Assembly (NCBI GenBank): GCA_027353165.1
Contig: DAIEHY010000002.1
Location: 1-41,454 of the forward strand
Reading direction: 5' to 3'
Origin: Desulfosporosinus sp.
Lineage (GTDB): Bacteria; Bacillota; Desulfitobacteriia; Desulfitobacteriales; Desulfitobacteriaceae
DNA length: 41,454 nucleotides
The position numbers were made by a program, and so were the translations under genes. Positions 27,666 through 40,445 of the stretch are shown here, one piece after another. Positions within the stretch are counted from its first letter, which is position 1. Every line of letters begins with the position of its first letter. The notes under the pieces are model-generated. The model ran no database searches and was not told the origin of the DNA. It saw only the letters and a list, made by a program, of their open reading frames with translations.

Positions 27666-28598
27666 TTAATAGTTCCAGTTTTGTAGGCGCCGAGAAAATT
27701 CATTTTGACCCATATTAGCATAGCAGTAAATACGTTGAATTTGCCATGCATCTGAATTGGGGTTTGCCCAACCCCGTTCGGTAGTAAAAGCCATCAAATA
27801 TCCAGTATCCTTGACTGCTTGTAAAACAGTCGAGTCAAAGTCTCCATTGGGATAGGCTAAAAAATCCACTGTCTTTCCAAGTCGATGTTCTAAAAGTTCC
27901 TTAGAACTTTTTAGTTCGTGCAACAAGGATATTCCATCTATTTTTGATAAATATGGATGGGTATCGGTATGTCCCTCAATCTCCCATCCATTAGCAACGA
28001 GTTCTTTTAGCTGTGGCCACGATAGAAAATTTTCTCCTCCTATATAACTAGAGACCATAAAGACTGTTGCCGTGAACCCATCCCTTCTCAAAATCGGGAA
28101 AGCAGTCGTATAATTATCGAGATAACCATCATCAAAGGTGATCACAAAAGGTTTGGGAGGTAAGCTAGCACCTTGATAAAAGGCTCGGTATAACTGATTT
28201 AAGGTGATACTTTGATAACCATTATCACGCAAAAAGTTCATCTGAGCCTCAAACTGGTCTGGTGGCATTCTCACTTCGTTTTCCGCCTCCAGCATAACCG
28301 AATGGTAATACAAGATGGGGATTGGTTGTCGCATATGTAAATCCGGAAGATCTGGTAAATCACTTAAGTTTTGCGAGTTTGAAAATTTATTCCATGGTTC
28401 CCTATATTCCTTTAATACCGAGTCAATAGCAGGCTTAGGTTCTTGATCAGAACCTGTCTGATTGATTAATCCCTGTCTTGTGGCAGTAGAGGTCAAGGCT
28501 TCAACAGACGATTGCGAGGAAGTTTCCAAGCCTTTACAACCATCAATTCCCATTACAAGAAAAATAACAATCAGTATTCTTACTATCTTGTTTACCAT
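27666..28598 (-). CDS. Secreted/lipoprotein polysaccharide deacetylase (CE4/NodB)
   Basis: IPILYYH, ITFDDGY, EGHTDTHP, LAYPNG; signal peptide ending IDGC. Confidence 0.9.
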   Translation of the reverse strand: MVNKIVRILIVIFLVMGIDGCKGLETSSQSSVEALTSTATRQGLINQTGSDQEPKPAIDSVLKEYREPWNKFSNSQNLSDLPDLPDLHMRQPIPILYYHSVMLEAENEVRMPPDQFEAQMNFLRDNGYQSITLNQLYRAFYQGASLPPKPFVITFDDGYLDNYTTAFPILRRDGFTATVFMVSSYIGGENFLSWPQLKELVANGWEIEGHTDTHPYLSKIDGISLLHELKSSKELLEHRLGKTVDFLAYPNGDFDSTVLQAVKDTGYLMAFTTERGWANPNSDAWQIQRIYCYANMGQNEFSRRLQNWNY

Positions 28599-28709
28599 CG
28601 TCTAGTTGCTTACCCCTTTGCACCATTAATCTAAAACACTACAAGACTATTTTAACATATTAATCCATTTCCTCAATCTATTTCTGCAGAGGTTATCCTT
28701 AATCGTTAC

Positions 28710-28746
28710 TAAAAAGAGACCTCAAGAAAATTCTCGAGATCTCTTT
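28710..28746 (-). terminator. Terminator after secF
   Basis: AAAGAGACCTCAAGAA-AA-TTCTCGAGATCTCTTT imperfect inverted repeat with U tail on the minus strand. Confidence 0.65.
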
Positions 28747-28766
28747 AATCATCAGGCTGTTCGTGA

Positions 28767-29714
28767 TTAACTAGCGCGAACCGCTTTACCACCTTTACGT
28801 GACTTCTTGGTCCGTATCTTAATTTCCAATAGGATTTGGCTGGCGATAAAAATCGAGGAGTAAGCACCACTAAATACCCCGATTAACATAGCTAAGGAGA
28901 ACAATCTGGTAGATTCTCCGCCCAAGATAAAGATCGAAAATAGGGCAATCAGAACCGTTATAACCGTGTTGATCGAACGGCGCATAGTCTGCCATACAGA
29001 TTTATCCACCATATCTTCATAACTGTCTAACCGTTTTAGCTTACCCTCATTCTCTCGAATCCGGTCAAAGATAATCACGGTATCGTTGATTGAGTATCCA
29101 AAAACGGTTAAGATAGCCGCTACAAATGTAGAATCGACCTCCCATTGAAACAAGGAGAAAAGCCCGACAACCACTAAGACATCGTGTAGTAAAGCGATAA
29201 TCCCAGAGATTGCAAAACTAAACTGAAACCTAATCGTAATATAGCCAATCATCAAACCCATGGCAATGAGTAAAGCCCAAAAGGCATTTCTAGTCAGCTC
29301 TTGTCCCATCGCCGGGCCAACTTTGTCCTCTTTCAGAGAGGCTTTATTGTACTCCCCAACCTTAGATTGTAAGGCACCCAGTAGTTCATTGCGCTTCGCT
29401 TCTTCAAGCGCCTCTGTTCGAATGAGCACTGAGGTCCCCCCATTAGACAATTGCACAGGCCCCTCAAGTCCTACTGATTTCATCGTATCTGTAATGGCAG
29501 CTTGTGAAACCTGCTTATTGAACGTCATATCGAGCATTGTCCCGCCCTTGAAGTCAATCCCTAAATTAAGTCCCTGCATAAAAAGGGAGATGATCCCGGG
29601 AATTACTACGATTAACGAGATGACAAACCACCAATACCGTTTCTTGACAATATTAAAGTAAAGTGGATGTATTTTCTTCACTTCATCGTAAGTCGCCGGA
29701 TGTCCAGTTTTCAT
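28767..29714 (-). CDS. secF: Protein translocase subunit SecF
   Basis: LGIDFKGGT, VGPAMG, ALLHDV, GYSINDTVIIFDRIREN, GAYSSIFIA. Confidence 0.97.
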   Translation of the reverse strand: MKTGHPATYDEVKKIHPLYFNIVKKRYWWFVISLIVVIPGIISLFMQGLNLGIDFKGGTMLDMTFNKQVSQAAITDTMKSVGLEGPVQLSNGGTSVLIRTEALEEAKRNELLGALQSKVGEYNKASLKEDKVGPAMGQELTRNAFWALLIAMGLMIGYITIRFQFSFAISGIIALLHDVLVVVGLFSLFQWEVDSTFVAAILTVFGYSINDTVIIFDRIRENEGKLKRLDSYEDMVDKSVWQTMRRSINTVITVLIALFSIFILGGESTRLFSLAMLIGVFSGAYSSIFIASQILLEIKIRTKKSRKGGKAVRAS

Positions 29715-30949
29715 TATACATCATCCCTCCTAACGCCAAACCATGTTGTGTTCATTTTTGGGCTAATTCCGACGGTCCAACGCAATACAAGTCGAGTAAA
29801 GGTAATTGCCGTAAACAAGCTGGCTAAAATCCCAACCCCTAACGTTAAGGCAAATCCTTTGATAGAGCCAGTCCCAAAATAATAAAGAGTAACTGCTGCA
29901 ATGAGGGTTGTGACATGAGCATCAATAACCGTGATAAATGCGCGGCTAAACCCTGATTCCACGCCAGCTCGCAAAGATTTCCCAGCTCGTATTTCCTCTT
30001 TGACACGCTCATAAATAATAATATTAAAGTCCACGGCCATCCCAATTGAAAGAATAAAACCTGCGATACCCGGAAGTGTCAATACTACTCGAAACATCCA
30101 GAAGACCCAGAGAACAATCAGGGAGTAGACAATCAATGAGAAATCCGCGACAACCCCTGGCAACCGATAGAAAACTAACATAAAACCGAAGATAAAGATC
30201 AGACCGTAGGCCCCTGCATAAATACTTTTGTTTAGAGAGTCAACCCCTAATGAAGCTCCCACCTGACGCTTTTCAGCAATCGTCATACTCACGGGCAATG
30301 AACCAGAACGCATGAGAACAGCGTGGTTTGCTGCTTCCTCTAAGGTTCCATACCCTGTGATCTCCGCTTGACCATTAAGAATTGGAGTATTGACTGTTGG
30401 ATTGGTTAAGAGTTTATCATCAAGATAAACCCCAAGCCTTTGACCAATAAGCTTAGTCGTTAAATCTGCAAACTTTTGGGCACCTGTCGTTGAGAAGGAT
30501 AAATTAACGACGTAGCCACCATTTTGACCTTGTCCTCCCTTAGCATCCTTAAGATCATCCCCTTGGATCACAACATTCCCTTGAGGATCTCTAAACGTTA
30601 ACTTAGCCGTCGTTTTCAAGATATCGACTGCTTTGTCTGGGTCGGTAACTCCAGCCAAATCGATGACGATTCGCTTCTTATCATAATCCGATTGGACTAT
30701 AGGCTCAGATACCCCCAAATCATTGACCCTTTTTTCAATGATCGCTTTCGCTTTGTCGATATCATCTCTTGTAATTGCAGCGCCATTTTTATTTGGCTCA
30801 GCTTGTAATACTAAGTGCACTCCACCGCGAAGGTCAAGTCCCAACGGGATGCCCTTTCCGGGATCCACTAGGGGTTTAATTGATAGTGCTACAGCTGCTG
30901 CCACTAATAGCACCAATGCAACTAATTTAATGATGTTTCCCCGTCTCAT
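29714..30949 (-). CDS. secD: Protein translocase subunit SecD
   Basis: LGLDLRGG, RVNDLGVSEP, SGSLP, LTLPGIAG, GMAVDFNIIIYERVKEE; TAATG coupling to secF. Confidence 0.97.
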   Translation of the reverse strand: MRRGNIIKLVALVLLVAAAVALSIKPLVDPGKGIPLGLDLRGGVHLVLQAEPNKNGAAITRDDIDKAKAIIEKRVNDLGVSEPIVQSDYDKKRIVIDLAGVTDPDKAVDILKTTAKLTFRDPQGNVVIQGDDLKDAKGGQGQNGGYVVNLSFSTTGAQKFADLTTKLIGQRLGVYLDDKLLTNPTVNTPILNGQAEITGYGTLEEAANHAVLMRSGSLPVSMTIAEKRQVGASLGVDSLNKSIYAGAYGLIFIFGFMLVFYRLPGVVADFSLIVYSLIVLWVFWMFRVVLTLPGIAGFILSIGMAVDFNIIIYERVKEEIRAGKSLRAGVESGFSRAFITVIDAHVTTLIAAVTLYYFGTGSIKGFALTLGVGILASLFTAITFTRLVLRWTVGISPKMNTTWFGVRRDDV

Positions 30950-30999
30950 CTACGTTCCTCCCTTTTAATATGATGGACTTGCCCATACCACCATTCCCC

Positions 31000-31029
31000 A
31001 TTATAAAACTTACTGGAATGCTATGTCAA
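31000..31029 (-). promoter_or_regulatory. Sigma-A promoter of secDF
   Basis: TTGACA-18-TATAAT. Confidence 0.65.
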
Positions 31030-31048
31030 TCATAGGAAACTAATGGCA

Positions 31049-31711
31049 TTAGAGTAATTTTACTTCGTTAATCTTTAGTTCAAATTTAGTAAGCAGAAAT
31101 TCTGCTGCTCTGCGTGACAAAAGCATCCGAGCAAGAAAAATCTCAAAGTACTCCATTACTGGGCAAATCTCGGTATCAATCGTAAGTTCTAAGGCAACAC
31201 GTTCTTTAGGATAGACGCGCAGAAATGAACGTTCAACCGCATAATTGACCCGATCATGAATATCGAACTTGGCTAGGTCAGGGTTACGAACTCGCGAACG
31301 GTGAACGTCCGATTTATCGGCTAGAATTAAGGCAGCTGAAATAACATTGACTGGGTTCCCATCCTGCTCATCATGATTCCCTATCGCACCAATGATAATG
31401 GCAATTTCCTCCGGCGGCATTTCATGTCGTTCAAGGATCCCTGCTGCAAGAATTGCCCCTGAATGAGCATGGGCCACACGATTCACAGCATTCCCAATAT
31501 CATGTAAGTATCCTGCAATCGCTGCCATTTCGCACTCCCTTTCAGGATGCTCCATTTTTATCAGTAGATTTGCAGCAATATGAGAAACAAGCCCAGAATG
31601 CCTTAATCCGTGTTCTGTATAGCCGATAGCTGCCAAATGACGGTTTCCAGCCTCAATTAAGGCGTGAACATAAGGATCTGCTTTAATTTCTTGTAGAGTA
31701 ACCTTTGTCAA
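31049..31711 (-). CDS. HD-domain phosphohydrolase
   Basis: GYTEHGLRH, AGYLHDIGN, IGNHDE, LILADKSD. Confidence 0.88.
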   Translation of the reverse strand: MTKVTLQEIKADPYVHALIEAGNRHLAAIGYTEHGLRHSGLVSHIAANLLIKMEHPERECEMAAIAGYLHDIGNAVNRVAHAHSGAILAAGILERHEMPPEEIAIIIGAIGNHDEQDGNPVNVISAALILADKSDVHRSRVRNPDLAKFDIHDRVNYAVERSFLRVYPKERVALELTIDTEICPVMEYFEIFLARMLLSRRAAEFLLTKFELKINEVKLL

Positions 31712-32480
31712 GCGTTATTCCTCCAATAATTCGCAATCGATAGCAATTCATTCCGATTATACCCAGATCATCAACTAGCCCATAGTTTGCCCAGGCGCCC
31801 ACCACAGCACCTAAACCGGGTATAAGCTGAAGCGTTTTTCGGAAATCTATCGCATCACGGTACTCCCGCTGAAACTGTTCCCAATCGATCTGCTGTAAAT
31901 CTCTTGCTTCAGCTGGCCAACTTCCTAAGTTCTCCTCCCAATCGAGAATAACCTGGAATAGTTCAGGGCGTTTGGCCTGACTGGAAAAGGCCAATTGAAA
32001 AATATATAACAAAAATAAGCGTTCCCGATAATCCTTGGTTGAAAATCCATAAATATGAGCTAACTCAAAGAGAAACTTCATTTTAATCACAATTAAGGCG
32101 GGAAAATCAGCAACTGCCAGAGTAAAACCACCTGCGCCAGCGCCAGCCCCTTCCGCGGCTGCAATCTTTCGATATTTTGCAAGAAGTTTCTGAGCCTTTT
32201 GGTCACGTTCCTGTAACCTCACCCCATAAAAGGTAGAGCTTTTAGGAATATACTCAAGCCCAAGTACGACTGATTTCACCAGTCCTTTAACCGTAGCAGT
32301 AATAACAGTATGAACCTTTTCCGGAATAATTTTATCATTCACCCTCGTTTGAAGCACCTTTGAGGCGCGTTCTAATAAGCCTGGCCTTTGTAATAATTTT
32401 GTTCTCCATAAATTTAGTTCTTGTCTTATATACTCTTCGTAGATTTGGTCCTCATTATTCTGATCACCGTCCAAAGTCAC
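31683..32480 (-). CDS. EcsC family protein
   Basis: YRKIAAAEGAGAGAGG, ADFPAL, IYGF, WEQFQREYRDAID, QLIPGLGAVVGAWAN. Confidence 0.87.
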   Translation of the reverse strand: MTLDGDQNNEDQIYEEYIRQELNLWRTKLLQRPGLLERASKVLQTRVNDKIIPEKVHTVITATVKGLVKSVVLGLEYIPKSSTFYGVRLQERDQKAQKLLAKYRKIAAAEGAGAGAGGFTLAVADFPALIVIKMKFLFELAHIYGFSTKDYRERLFLLYIFQLAFSSQAKRPELFQVILDWEENLGSWPAEARDLQQIDWEQFQREYRDAIDFRKTLQLIPGLGAVVGAWANYGLVDDLGIIGMNCYRLRIIGGITLDKGYSTRN

Positions 32481-32514
32481 CAGGACATCCTCCTATAGTA
32501 AGCAAAATATACTT

Positions 32515-32545
32515 AAAAGCAAGTGGTCTAGTGCCACTTGCTTTT
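32515..32545. terminator. Terminator after yajC
   Basis: AAAAGCAAGTGG-N7-CCACTTGCTTTT perfect inverted repeat. Confidence 0.8.
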
Positions 32546-32621
32546 AATTAAAAACAGTCCCTCTCTGAACCTCGAATTTCAACGTTAGCTGATCCAGTTC
32601 GCTCCGCTACCTTTTTGGTTT

Positions 32622-32912
32622 CTATTTATCCTTTTCCAAGCTGATATCACGATTTTCGACGCTCACTATCCCACTTTTAGCGATTTCAACTTCTACTTTA
32701 TCAGCGATTTGCAAAATAATGGAGTCATCCTTCACTTTGATGATTTTGCCATAGATTCCTCCGGTTGTAATTACCTGGTCTCTTACACGCAAACTGCTCA
32801 TCATTGCTTGACGTTTTTTGGCCTGTTTTTGTTGGGGCCGAATCATGAGAAAATACATAATCCCAAAAAAGACCGCAAAATATAGAACTAAGGTTAATGT
32901 CGATTGATTCAT
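32622..32912 (-). CDS. yajC: Preprotein translocase subunit YajC
   Basis: YFLMIRPQQKQAK, DQVITTGGIYGKI; follows tgt. Confidence 0.96.
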   Translation of the reverse strand: MNQSTLTLVLYFAVFFGIMYFLMIRPQQKQAKKRQAMMSSLRVRDQVITTGGIYGKIIKVKDDSIILQIADKVEVEIAKSGIVSVENRDISLEKDK

Positions 32913-32941
32913 TAAAATTCCTCCTTTATTTATCTCCTAAA

Positions 32942-32971
32942 CTATTCACCATATCAAGGTAAAAATCCTTC
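32942..32971 (-). promoter_or_regulatory. Sigma-H-type promoter upstream of yajC
   Basis: GAAGGATTT-N12-GGTGAATAG fits RNAGGAWWW-N11/12-RNNGAAT. Confidence 0.5.
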
Positions 32972-32999
32972 TGTTATTATAGAAAACTTGGCGTAGCCT

Positions 33000-34202
<1,203 letters not shown>

Positions 34203-34248
34203 TCATGATTAGGATGGCTTAATTTCGTGTTTCATGCTTTGTGCCTCT

Positions 34249-35271
34249 TTAAAGTATAAGCATTGCATCTCCAAAACTATAGAACCGATATTTTTCCTGA
34301 ACAGCTAACTCATATGCTTTTAATATAAATTCACGCCCCGCCAAGGCACTGACTAACATCACTAGCGTCGACTTGGGAAAGTGGAAATTTGTTAAGAGTG
34401 CATCAACTATTTGAAATTGATAGCCCGGATAGATAAAAATATCCGTCCACCCTTCTCCTGCTTCTATTTTTCCATTATTTCCCACAGATTCTAGTGTACG
34501 TGCCACCGTCGTACCCACCGCAATCACACGTCGTTCTTCTTGTTTGGCAAGATTAATTCTCTCTGCCGAGTCTAAATCAACTCGGTAATATTCCGAATGC
34601 ATCTCATGTTCACGGATATCGTCCACTTTAACCGGACGAAACGTACCTAACCCGACATGGAGAAGAATCTCTACGATTTCCACACCTTTTTCCCGAAGTC
34701 GATCCAAAAGTTCAGGCGTAAAATGCAACCCTGCAGTTGGAGCAGCAACCGAACCCCGTTCCTTAGCGTAAACAGTTTGATAACGTTCTCGGTTTTCCAA
34801 CTGGGCAGTAATATAAGGGGGTAGAGGCATCTCACCAAGCAAATCCAAGATTGTTTCGAAAACCCCTGAGTATGTGAACCGGATTTGCCGGTTTCCATTT
34901 GCCAAGACTTCTTGAAGTTCGCCTACTAAGATACTATTGCCGAAATGAACCTTCTGGCCCACTTTAAGACGTTTTCCAGGCTTCACCAAGGCCTCCCAAA
35001 CATCCAATTCTAGTCTTTTTAAAAGGAGAACTTCGATCTTCGCCTCAGTTCCCTCTTTCTCTCCAACTAAACGCGCTGGAATCACGCGAGTATTATTGAG
35101 TACAAGTACATCACCCGATTTTAATAAGGACATTAGATCTCTATACGTATGATGTTCAATCGTTCCTTGGTCTCGATTAAGCACCATTAATCGAGACCGA
35201 TCTCTCGGTTCCACCGGATGTTGAGCGATTAACGCTTCTGGTAAATTAAAATCAAACTCCGCAACATTCAA
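34249..35271 (-). CDS. queA: S-adenosylmethionine:tRNA ribosyltransferase-isomerase
   Basis: [63 protein letters not shown]. Confidence 0.98.
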   Translation of the reverse strand: MNVAEFDFNLPEALIAQHPVEPRDRSRLMVLNRDQGTIEHHTYRDLMSLLKSGDVLVLNNTRVIPARLVGEKEGTEAKIEVLLLKRLELDVWEALVKPGKRLKVGQKVHFGNSILVGELQEVLANGNRQIRFTYSGVFETILDLLGEMPLPPYITAQLENRERYQTVYAKERGSVAAPTAGLHFTPELLDRLREKGVEIVEILLHVGLGTFRPVKVDDIREHEMHSEYYRVDLDSAERINLAKQEERRVIAVGTTVARTLESVGNNGKIEAGEGWTDIFIYPGYQFQIVDALLTNFHFPKSTLVMLVSALAGREFILKAYELAVQEKYRFYSFGDAMLIL

Positions 35272-35312
35272 AGACGAATTCTCCTTTTTTAGTCAACACA
35301 CTTTAAGCAGAT

Positions 35313-36659
35313 TCATGACCCCTCAGAAATAAGCGTGTTGTTATAATAGAAATCTATGATGTCTTGATAATTATACCCCAATTGAGCCATATGATAAGCA
35401 CCCCATTGGGACATTCCTACACCATGCCCCCACCCACGCCCATTAAATATAAATACCCCAAACGGCTGGGGATCCACCGTCGTTCCTAGCGAGGTACTGA
35501 GAATTTTAGATAGTAAGGGGCCTTGCCCCTCATGATTTCCCTTGGTTGATCCCTGATCTCCCGATGATTCGAGAAAAACTGTTAATCCAGTTCGCCCAAG
35601 CAAATCTCGTCTTGGAGCAATAACCTGAGCCTCAAAAAAGTTTCCCAAAAATGCTTCCATTCGAATAGGCTGCCCAAAAGGATAAAATGCTTTGACAAAC
35701 GCTCGGCCTTTGACTTCCTTCGTCAATCCAAATCCATCTCTCATCCTTACACTTTTTACCCTACCAGAGGGGAACTTGTCAAGCTCAACACTTTGCACAG
35801 GGCCTAATCCAAAGACTGAACCGAGGAATGGAGCAGAGACAATAAACCGCCAATGATCCACCGGACCCCCGACTCCTTGGGAAAAGGGATCAGCTTGGGA
35901 TATATTATGGGTATCTGGATTCCCCCAGACATTGTTGGCATCCTCAGTATATCCCCCGCTATGTGAAGAATAAAGAGCATCGATTGGTTGTCTAGTTTGC
36001 GCGTCGACTAAAACTTCGCCCCGAGTAGCTTCAACAGCTGCGCTAGCTTCCCCTTCCACGTTCTTACCCGCATAGGCCTGATCAATATCAGGAGAGTCAG
36101 TAATCATTTTCTGTCCATTCTCTGAATGTTTGATAAGATAGGTCCGAGCAGCGACTGCTTGTGCCTTAAGAGCTTCTTTCCCACTCTTTGCCCATTCGTT
36201 GCTCATTTCTATAGGTACAACTCCTTTAAGGTAGTCCTCGCTATCGAGCTGATTAATTAATCGCCAATGTCCCTCTTGCCAATTAAGCTGAAGGCCTCCG
36301 CGATAAACTACCTCTTTATCCTCCGGGGTTTTTACACGCAGATTGCCGGGCTCAAGCTCAGAAATCTTTAATTCAGGCCCACTAAATACTTGAAAATTCT
36401 CATGGTTAACCCGTACCACCGGAGTCCATCCCCCCCAGCCTACCTGAAGAGTCGAGCCCGCCGAAAATTTAACCGTTGTATTATTTATGACAAGTTGATA
36501 ATCCCCATTTAGAACATCTATCTGTACCCATCCGGCCTGACCTAATTTCCATACTAGCTCGACCGAAACCGTTTTAGCCTGACACGGTGTTGCTTGGATT
36601 AGCCCGAGTACTAACAAAGCAATCCACAAAAAGGGTAACCGACACACAATCCGAAGCAT
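35313..36659 (-). CDS. SpoIID/LytB domain protein
   Basis: YRG, EDYLKGVVPIEM, EALKAQAVAARTY, GWGHGVGMSQWGA; signal peptide from ATG 36659; usual position between ruvB and queA. Confidence 0.9.
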   Translation of the reverse strand: MLRIVCRLPFLWIALLVLGLIQATPCQAKTVSVELVWKLGQAGWVQIDVLNGDYQLVINNTTVKFSAGSTLQVGWGGWTPVVRVNHENFQVFSGPELKISELEPGNLRVKTPEDKEVVYRGGLQLNWQEGHWRLINQLDSEDYLKGVVPIEMSNEWAKSGKEALKAQAVAARTYLIKHSENGQKMITDSPDIDQAYAGKNVEGEASAAVEATRGEVLVDAQTRQPIDALYSSHSGGYTEDANNVWGNPDTHNISQADPFSQGVGGPVDHWRFIVSAPFLGSVFGLGPVQSVELDKFPSGRVKSVRMRDGFGLTKEVKGRAFVKAFYPFGQPIRMEAFLGNFFEAQVIAPRRDLLGRTGLTVFLESSGDQGSTKGNHEGQGPLLSKILSTSLGTTVDPQPFGVFIFNGRGWGHGVGMSQWGAYHMAQLGYNYQDIIDFYYNNTLISEGS

Positions 36660-36777
36660 GCTCTTCACACCCTTTCTTATACTAACTAGAAAGTTTATGT
36701 AATGGTGGAAGCCAAGTTTTCTTATGCTCAGATTACCCTTTTTTTTCTGCAACCATACTCATAACTTTTTTAATCCC

Positions 36778-37788
36778 TTAGTCCCCAAGACCCTTTTGAG
36801 GTAGGGGATACCCTAAATGCTGATAGGCTCTCGCTGTTGCCACCCGTCCTCGGGGTGTGCGTTGCAGGAATCCCATCTGTAACAGAAACGGCTCGACAAC
36901 ATCCTCTAAAGTTTCTGATTCCTCACCAATCGTTGCCGCCAGCGTTTCTAGGCCCACCGGTCCGCCTGCAAAGGTTTGGATGATGGTCTTCAACGTCTTT
37001 TGGTCAATATTATCCAGTCCGACCGGATCGACTTCCAACCTATTTAAAGCCTCTCGGGCAATCGTTTGGTTGACAATGCCATCTTCCCAAACCAAAGCAA
37101 AATCCCTAACTCGCTTCAACAAGCGGTTCCCAACTCTCGGTGTTCCGCGGGAACGACGCGCAATCTCGTCTGCTCCATCGTCGGTTATTTCGACTTTCAA
37201 AATACTGGCTGTGCGCAGGACGATTTCTTTTAAATCTTCAACTTCATAAAATTCCAGACGACTGATAACCCCAAAGCGATCCCGCAAAGGAGAGGTTAAT
37301 TGTCCCGCCCGAGTAGTCGCCCCTACAAGCGTAAACGGTGGTAAGGACAAACGGATCGAACGCGCACTTGGCCCTTTTCCGATCACAATATCCAAGCACC
37401 CATCTTCCATGGCCGAATAAAGAATCTCCTCAGTCGTACTACTCAAACGATGGATTTCATCGATAAAAAGCACGTCCCGCGGTTCTAAGGCCGTAAGAAT
37501 CGCAGCTAAATCCCCAGGACGTTCAACTGCTGGACCGGACGTTGTGCGAATACTGACACCCATTTCTGCAGCAATAATGTTGGAGAGAGTGGTTTTCCCC
37601 AAACCTGGCGGCCCATATAATAAAACGTGATCCAACGCCTCACCACGAGTAGCAGCGGCTTGAATAAAAATACTTAGATTATCTTTAACTTTTTTCTGCC
37701 CAATATAATCAATCAAGCGCTGAGGGCGAATTCCTTCCCCTTCATGATCTGTCAGTTGCTTTTGTGGAGCAACCAGACGCTCTTCCAT
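36778..37788 (-). CDS. ruvB: Holliday junction branch migration helicase RuvB
   Basis: [40 protein letters not shown]. Confidence 0.99.
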   Translation of the reverse strand: MEERLVAPQKQLTDHEGEGIRPQRLIDYIGQKKVKDNLSIFIQAAATRGEALDHVLLYGPPGLGKTTLSNIIAAEMGVSIRTTSGPAVERPGDLAAILTALEPRDVLFIDEIHRLSSTTEEILYSAMEDGCLDIVIGKGPSARSIRLSLPPFTLVGATTRAGQLTSPLRDRFGVISRLEFYEVEDLKEIVLRTASILKVEITDDGADEIARRSRGTPRVGNRLLKRVRDFALVWEDGIVNQTIAREALNRLEVDPVGLDNIDQKTLKTIIQTFAGGPVGLETLAATIGEESETLEDVVEPFLLQMGFLQRTPRGRVATARAYQHLGYPLPQKGLGD

Positions 37789-37894
37789 TCTTTGTCCCCC
37801 TCACGTCTCCATCAAAATTCAATATTATTACAAAGCGTGTTTATTCGCAATGATTTCACCCATCTCTACTAGGGACTCCCCTTTAACCTAATTC

Positions 37895-38503
37895 TTATCC
37901 TTTCTGACTTGGTACAAGCAAACGCAGTGCCTTTTTGACCTGCTCCTCGGTTGTTAATTCTAAACTATCCTTCAATACCTGACCAAGGGCTTGCCTCGCT
38001 TCCTCCAAACCAAACCCAAGCGCCAACAAAGTCTGCACTGCCTCCGAATGCGTTAGCGAAGATGGTTCCGAGAGTGAGCCCCCTCCGGTTGGAAACGAAC
38101 TATGTCCTTTAAATTTTTCCTTAAGTTCTAAAATAAGTCGCTGGGCGGTTTTCTTGCCTATGCCAGGAACTTTTGTCAATAAATTAAGATTTTCACTTAC
38201 AATAGCACTCTGAATCTGAACTGCCCCAAAGGTTGAAAGAAGTGAAATGGCGGCTTTTGGCCCAATTCCTGAAACACTTAACATCTCAAGAAAGAGTTGC
38301 TTTTCTTCATAGGAAGAGAACCCATAAAGGGACAAATCGTCTTCTCTTACAACCACATGGGTGTACACGACTAGTTCCTGTTCAGGATATGCTTTCGACA
38401 AGAGACCATAAGGCACAGTTAACAAGTATCCAGTTCCGTGAACGTCAATCACTAAGCGTTCCGACTGAATTTCCCATACTTTACCTCGCAACATTCCAAT
38501 CAT
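37895..38503 (-). CDS. ruvA: Holliday junction branch migration protein RuvA
   Basis: [39 protein letters not shown]. Confidence 0.98.
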   Translation of the reverse strand: MIGMLRGKVWEIQSERLVIDVHGTGYLLTVPYGLLSKAYPEQELVVYTHVVVREDDLSLYGFSSYEEKQLFLEMLSVSGIGPKAAISLLSTFGAVQIQSAIVSENLNLLTKVPGIGKKTAQRLILELKEKFKGHSSFPTGGGSLSEPSSLTHSEAVQTLLALGFGLEEARQALGQVLKDSLELTTEEQVKKALRLLVPSQKG

Positions 38504-38997
38504 CGGAACTCCTCCATTCTCCTGTTAAGAACGTAACTATGGGCATGACAAATTGCAATGGCTAAGGCATCCGCCGTATCGTCAGGCTTAGGGATTTCAT
38601 CCAGTCTTAACAAACCCTTGACCATCAGCTGAACTTGCTTTTTATCAGCCCTACCATAGCCTACAACAGCCTGTTTAACCTGTAATGGGGTATATTCAAA
38701 AATTGGAATGCCCTGCTGGGCACCCGCTAATAAAATAACTCCCCGAGCGTGACCCACAGTGAGCGCGGTTGTGGTATTACGATTAAAGAACAGCTCTTCA
38801 ACCGCGATATGATCGGGTGTGTGTCCACTAAGATAAGGAGCAATCTGTTCATATAGCATTAACAATCGCTCTGCCAAGGGTGTGTGAGCGGGCGTCCGCC
38901 AACAAGCGTAATCCAGAGCGCTTAAATGATTTCCCTTTTGTTCAATTAAACCATAGCCCATAATCGCCGTTCCTGGGTCAATCCCTAAAATTATCAT
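38500..38997 (-). CDS. ruvC: Crossover junction endodeoxyribonuclease RuvC
   Basis: [46 protein letters not shown]. Confidence 0.98.
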   Translation of the reverse strand: MIILGIDPGTAIMGYGLIEQKGNHLSALDYACWRTPAHTPLAERLLMLYEQIAPYLSGHTPDHIAVEELFFNRNTTTALTVGHARGVILLAGAQQGIPIFEYTPLQVKQAVVGYGRADKKQVQLMVKGLLRLDEIPKPDDTADALAIAICHAHSYVLNRRMEEFR

Positions 38998-39023
38998 CTT
39001 ATGACTTCCCTTCTAAGGAAGAC

Positions 39024-39053
39024 TAATTCGACAGATGACGGACGATTCCCTTT
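39024..39053 (-). promoter_or_regulatory. Possible sigma-H-type promoter upstream of ruvCAB
   Basis: AAAGGGAAT-N12-GTCGAATTA, one mismatch to the -35 consensus. Confidence 0.35.
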
Positions 39054-39074
39054 CTTCTACTTACACTAAAACCT

Positions 39075-39446
39075 CTACTCTTGCCACAGCTGAGGTTCGC
39101 TAGCTGTATCAATAAATGATTGCACCTCATCTAAGGAATAAAACTCAACCTTGGGAGCCATTTGCAAAATCTCATTTGGCCAAGCTTCAACATTTAAACC
39201 TGTGACAATAACTTTGCCACTTGTCCCCAATTCTCCTTTGATCACAGAAAGAATTCCTTGTTCCAGATTAAAATGATAGATGTCCTTTACCGGAGCTTCC
39301 TTGATTAATTTAGATTCGCCGTCCAAATCTTTTAAGGTAGATTCTGTGTAGTTTTTATCATACCACCAAGCAGTCACTGTAGGTACGATACATCCGATTC
39401 CTAAGCCGAGACAAAGTACTATACTCACAACTTTCCAGCGTGACAT
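39075..39446 (-). CDS. Exported protein with a BofC C-terminal-like domain
   Basis: Signal/TM N-terminus; YHFNLEQGILSVIKG resembles BofC_C; lies upstream of the ruv genes, like Bacillus bofC. Confidence 0.6.
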   Translation of the reverse strand: MSRWKVVSIVLCLGLGIGCIVPTVTAWWYDKNYTESTLKDLDGESKLIKEAPVKDIYHFNLEQGILSVIKGELGTSGKVIVTGLNVEAWPNEILQMAPKVEFYSLDEVQSFIDTASEPQLWQE

Positions 39447-39574
39447 GCGAAATAAACCCTCCTGACATTACTTGTTAGTACTAGTCTTGCCAGAAGGGCT
39501 TACTTTAATCGTTTTTGCGTTTTTACACTAATCTCAGCTAAAAAACTTTAGCTGGCGCCGAACTTCAGCGATAC

Positions 39575-40327
39575 CTACAAGTCTTCCCCTGCCAAAGCTT
39601 CGGCTAATTCAAAGTTAGAATACACACCTTGGGAATCGTCATGCTCCTCCAGTTTATCCATCAATCGCACAATTTTGCGCGCCTGCTCGACATCCGAAAT
39701 TTCAATAGTATTTTGGGCAATTGGGCTAAGTTCAGATTCTACAACAGCGATCTTTTGATCTAAAAGAGCCTGTCGCACTTCCTCCATTGTCTCAGGAGTC
39801 GTTAATACAACAAAACCATCTTCATCGATTTCGATATCGTCAGCACCAGCTTCTAAGGCCAACATCATAAAATCATCGTCACTTAGTTTTATCCCTTCAC
39901 GAAGAACCCTTAATTGACCTTTCTCCTCAAACATCCAGCCGACGCATCCGGTCTCACCCATGTTGCCACCATTTTTAGAGAAAATATAGCGGACTTCCCC
40001 CGCCGTTCGATTTCGGTTATCGGTTAGTATATCAACCATGACAGCAACCCCGCCCGGTCCATATCCTTCATAACGCAATTCTTCATAAACGGTTCCATCA
40101 GTACCGCCAGAACCTTTGAGAATTGCCCGTTGAATATTTTCATTAGGTACATTGGCAGCTTTAGCATTTTCTATGGCAATTTTTAACCGAAAATCATTAA
40201 CGTCTCCTCCACTGGCTCGGGAGGCAACTACCAATTCCCGACCTAGTTTAGTAAACATTTTTCCTTTTTGGGCATCTGCCTTACCTTTTTTATGCTTAAT
40301 GTTTGCCCACTTTGAATGTCCTGACAT
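39575..40327 (-). CDS. yebC: YebC/PmpR family protein
   Basis: [40 protein letters not shown]. Confidence 0.97.
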   Translation of the reverse strand: MSGHSKWANIKHKKGKADAQKGKMFTKLGRELVVASRASGGDVNDFRLKIAIENAKAANVPNENIQRAILKGSGGTDGTVYEELRYEGYGPGGVAVMVDILTDNRNRTAGEVRYIFSKNGGNMGETGCVGWMFEEKGQLRVLREGIKLSDDDFMMLALEAGADDIEIDEDGFVVLTTPETMEEVRQALLDQKIAVVESELSPIAQNTIEISDVEQARKIVRLMDKLEEHDDSQGVYSNFELAEALAGEDL

Positions 40328-40445
40328 GACAAACTCCTCCTTATGCTAGTCACTATCGAATAGTTTAGCATACGGCAATTTCCCTTGTAAAGCAAATATC
40401 GAATTTAACCGCTGTATCTAATCCTCTAAAAACTTAGTAAGCTGG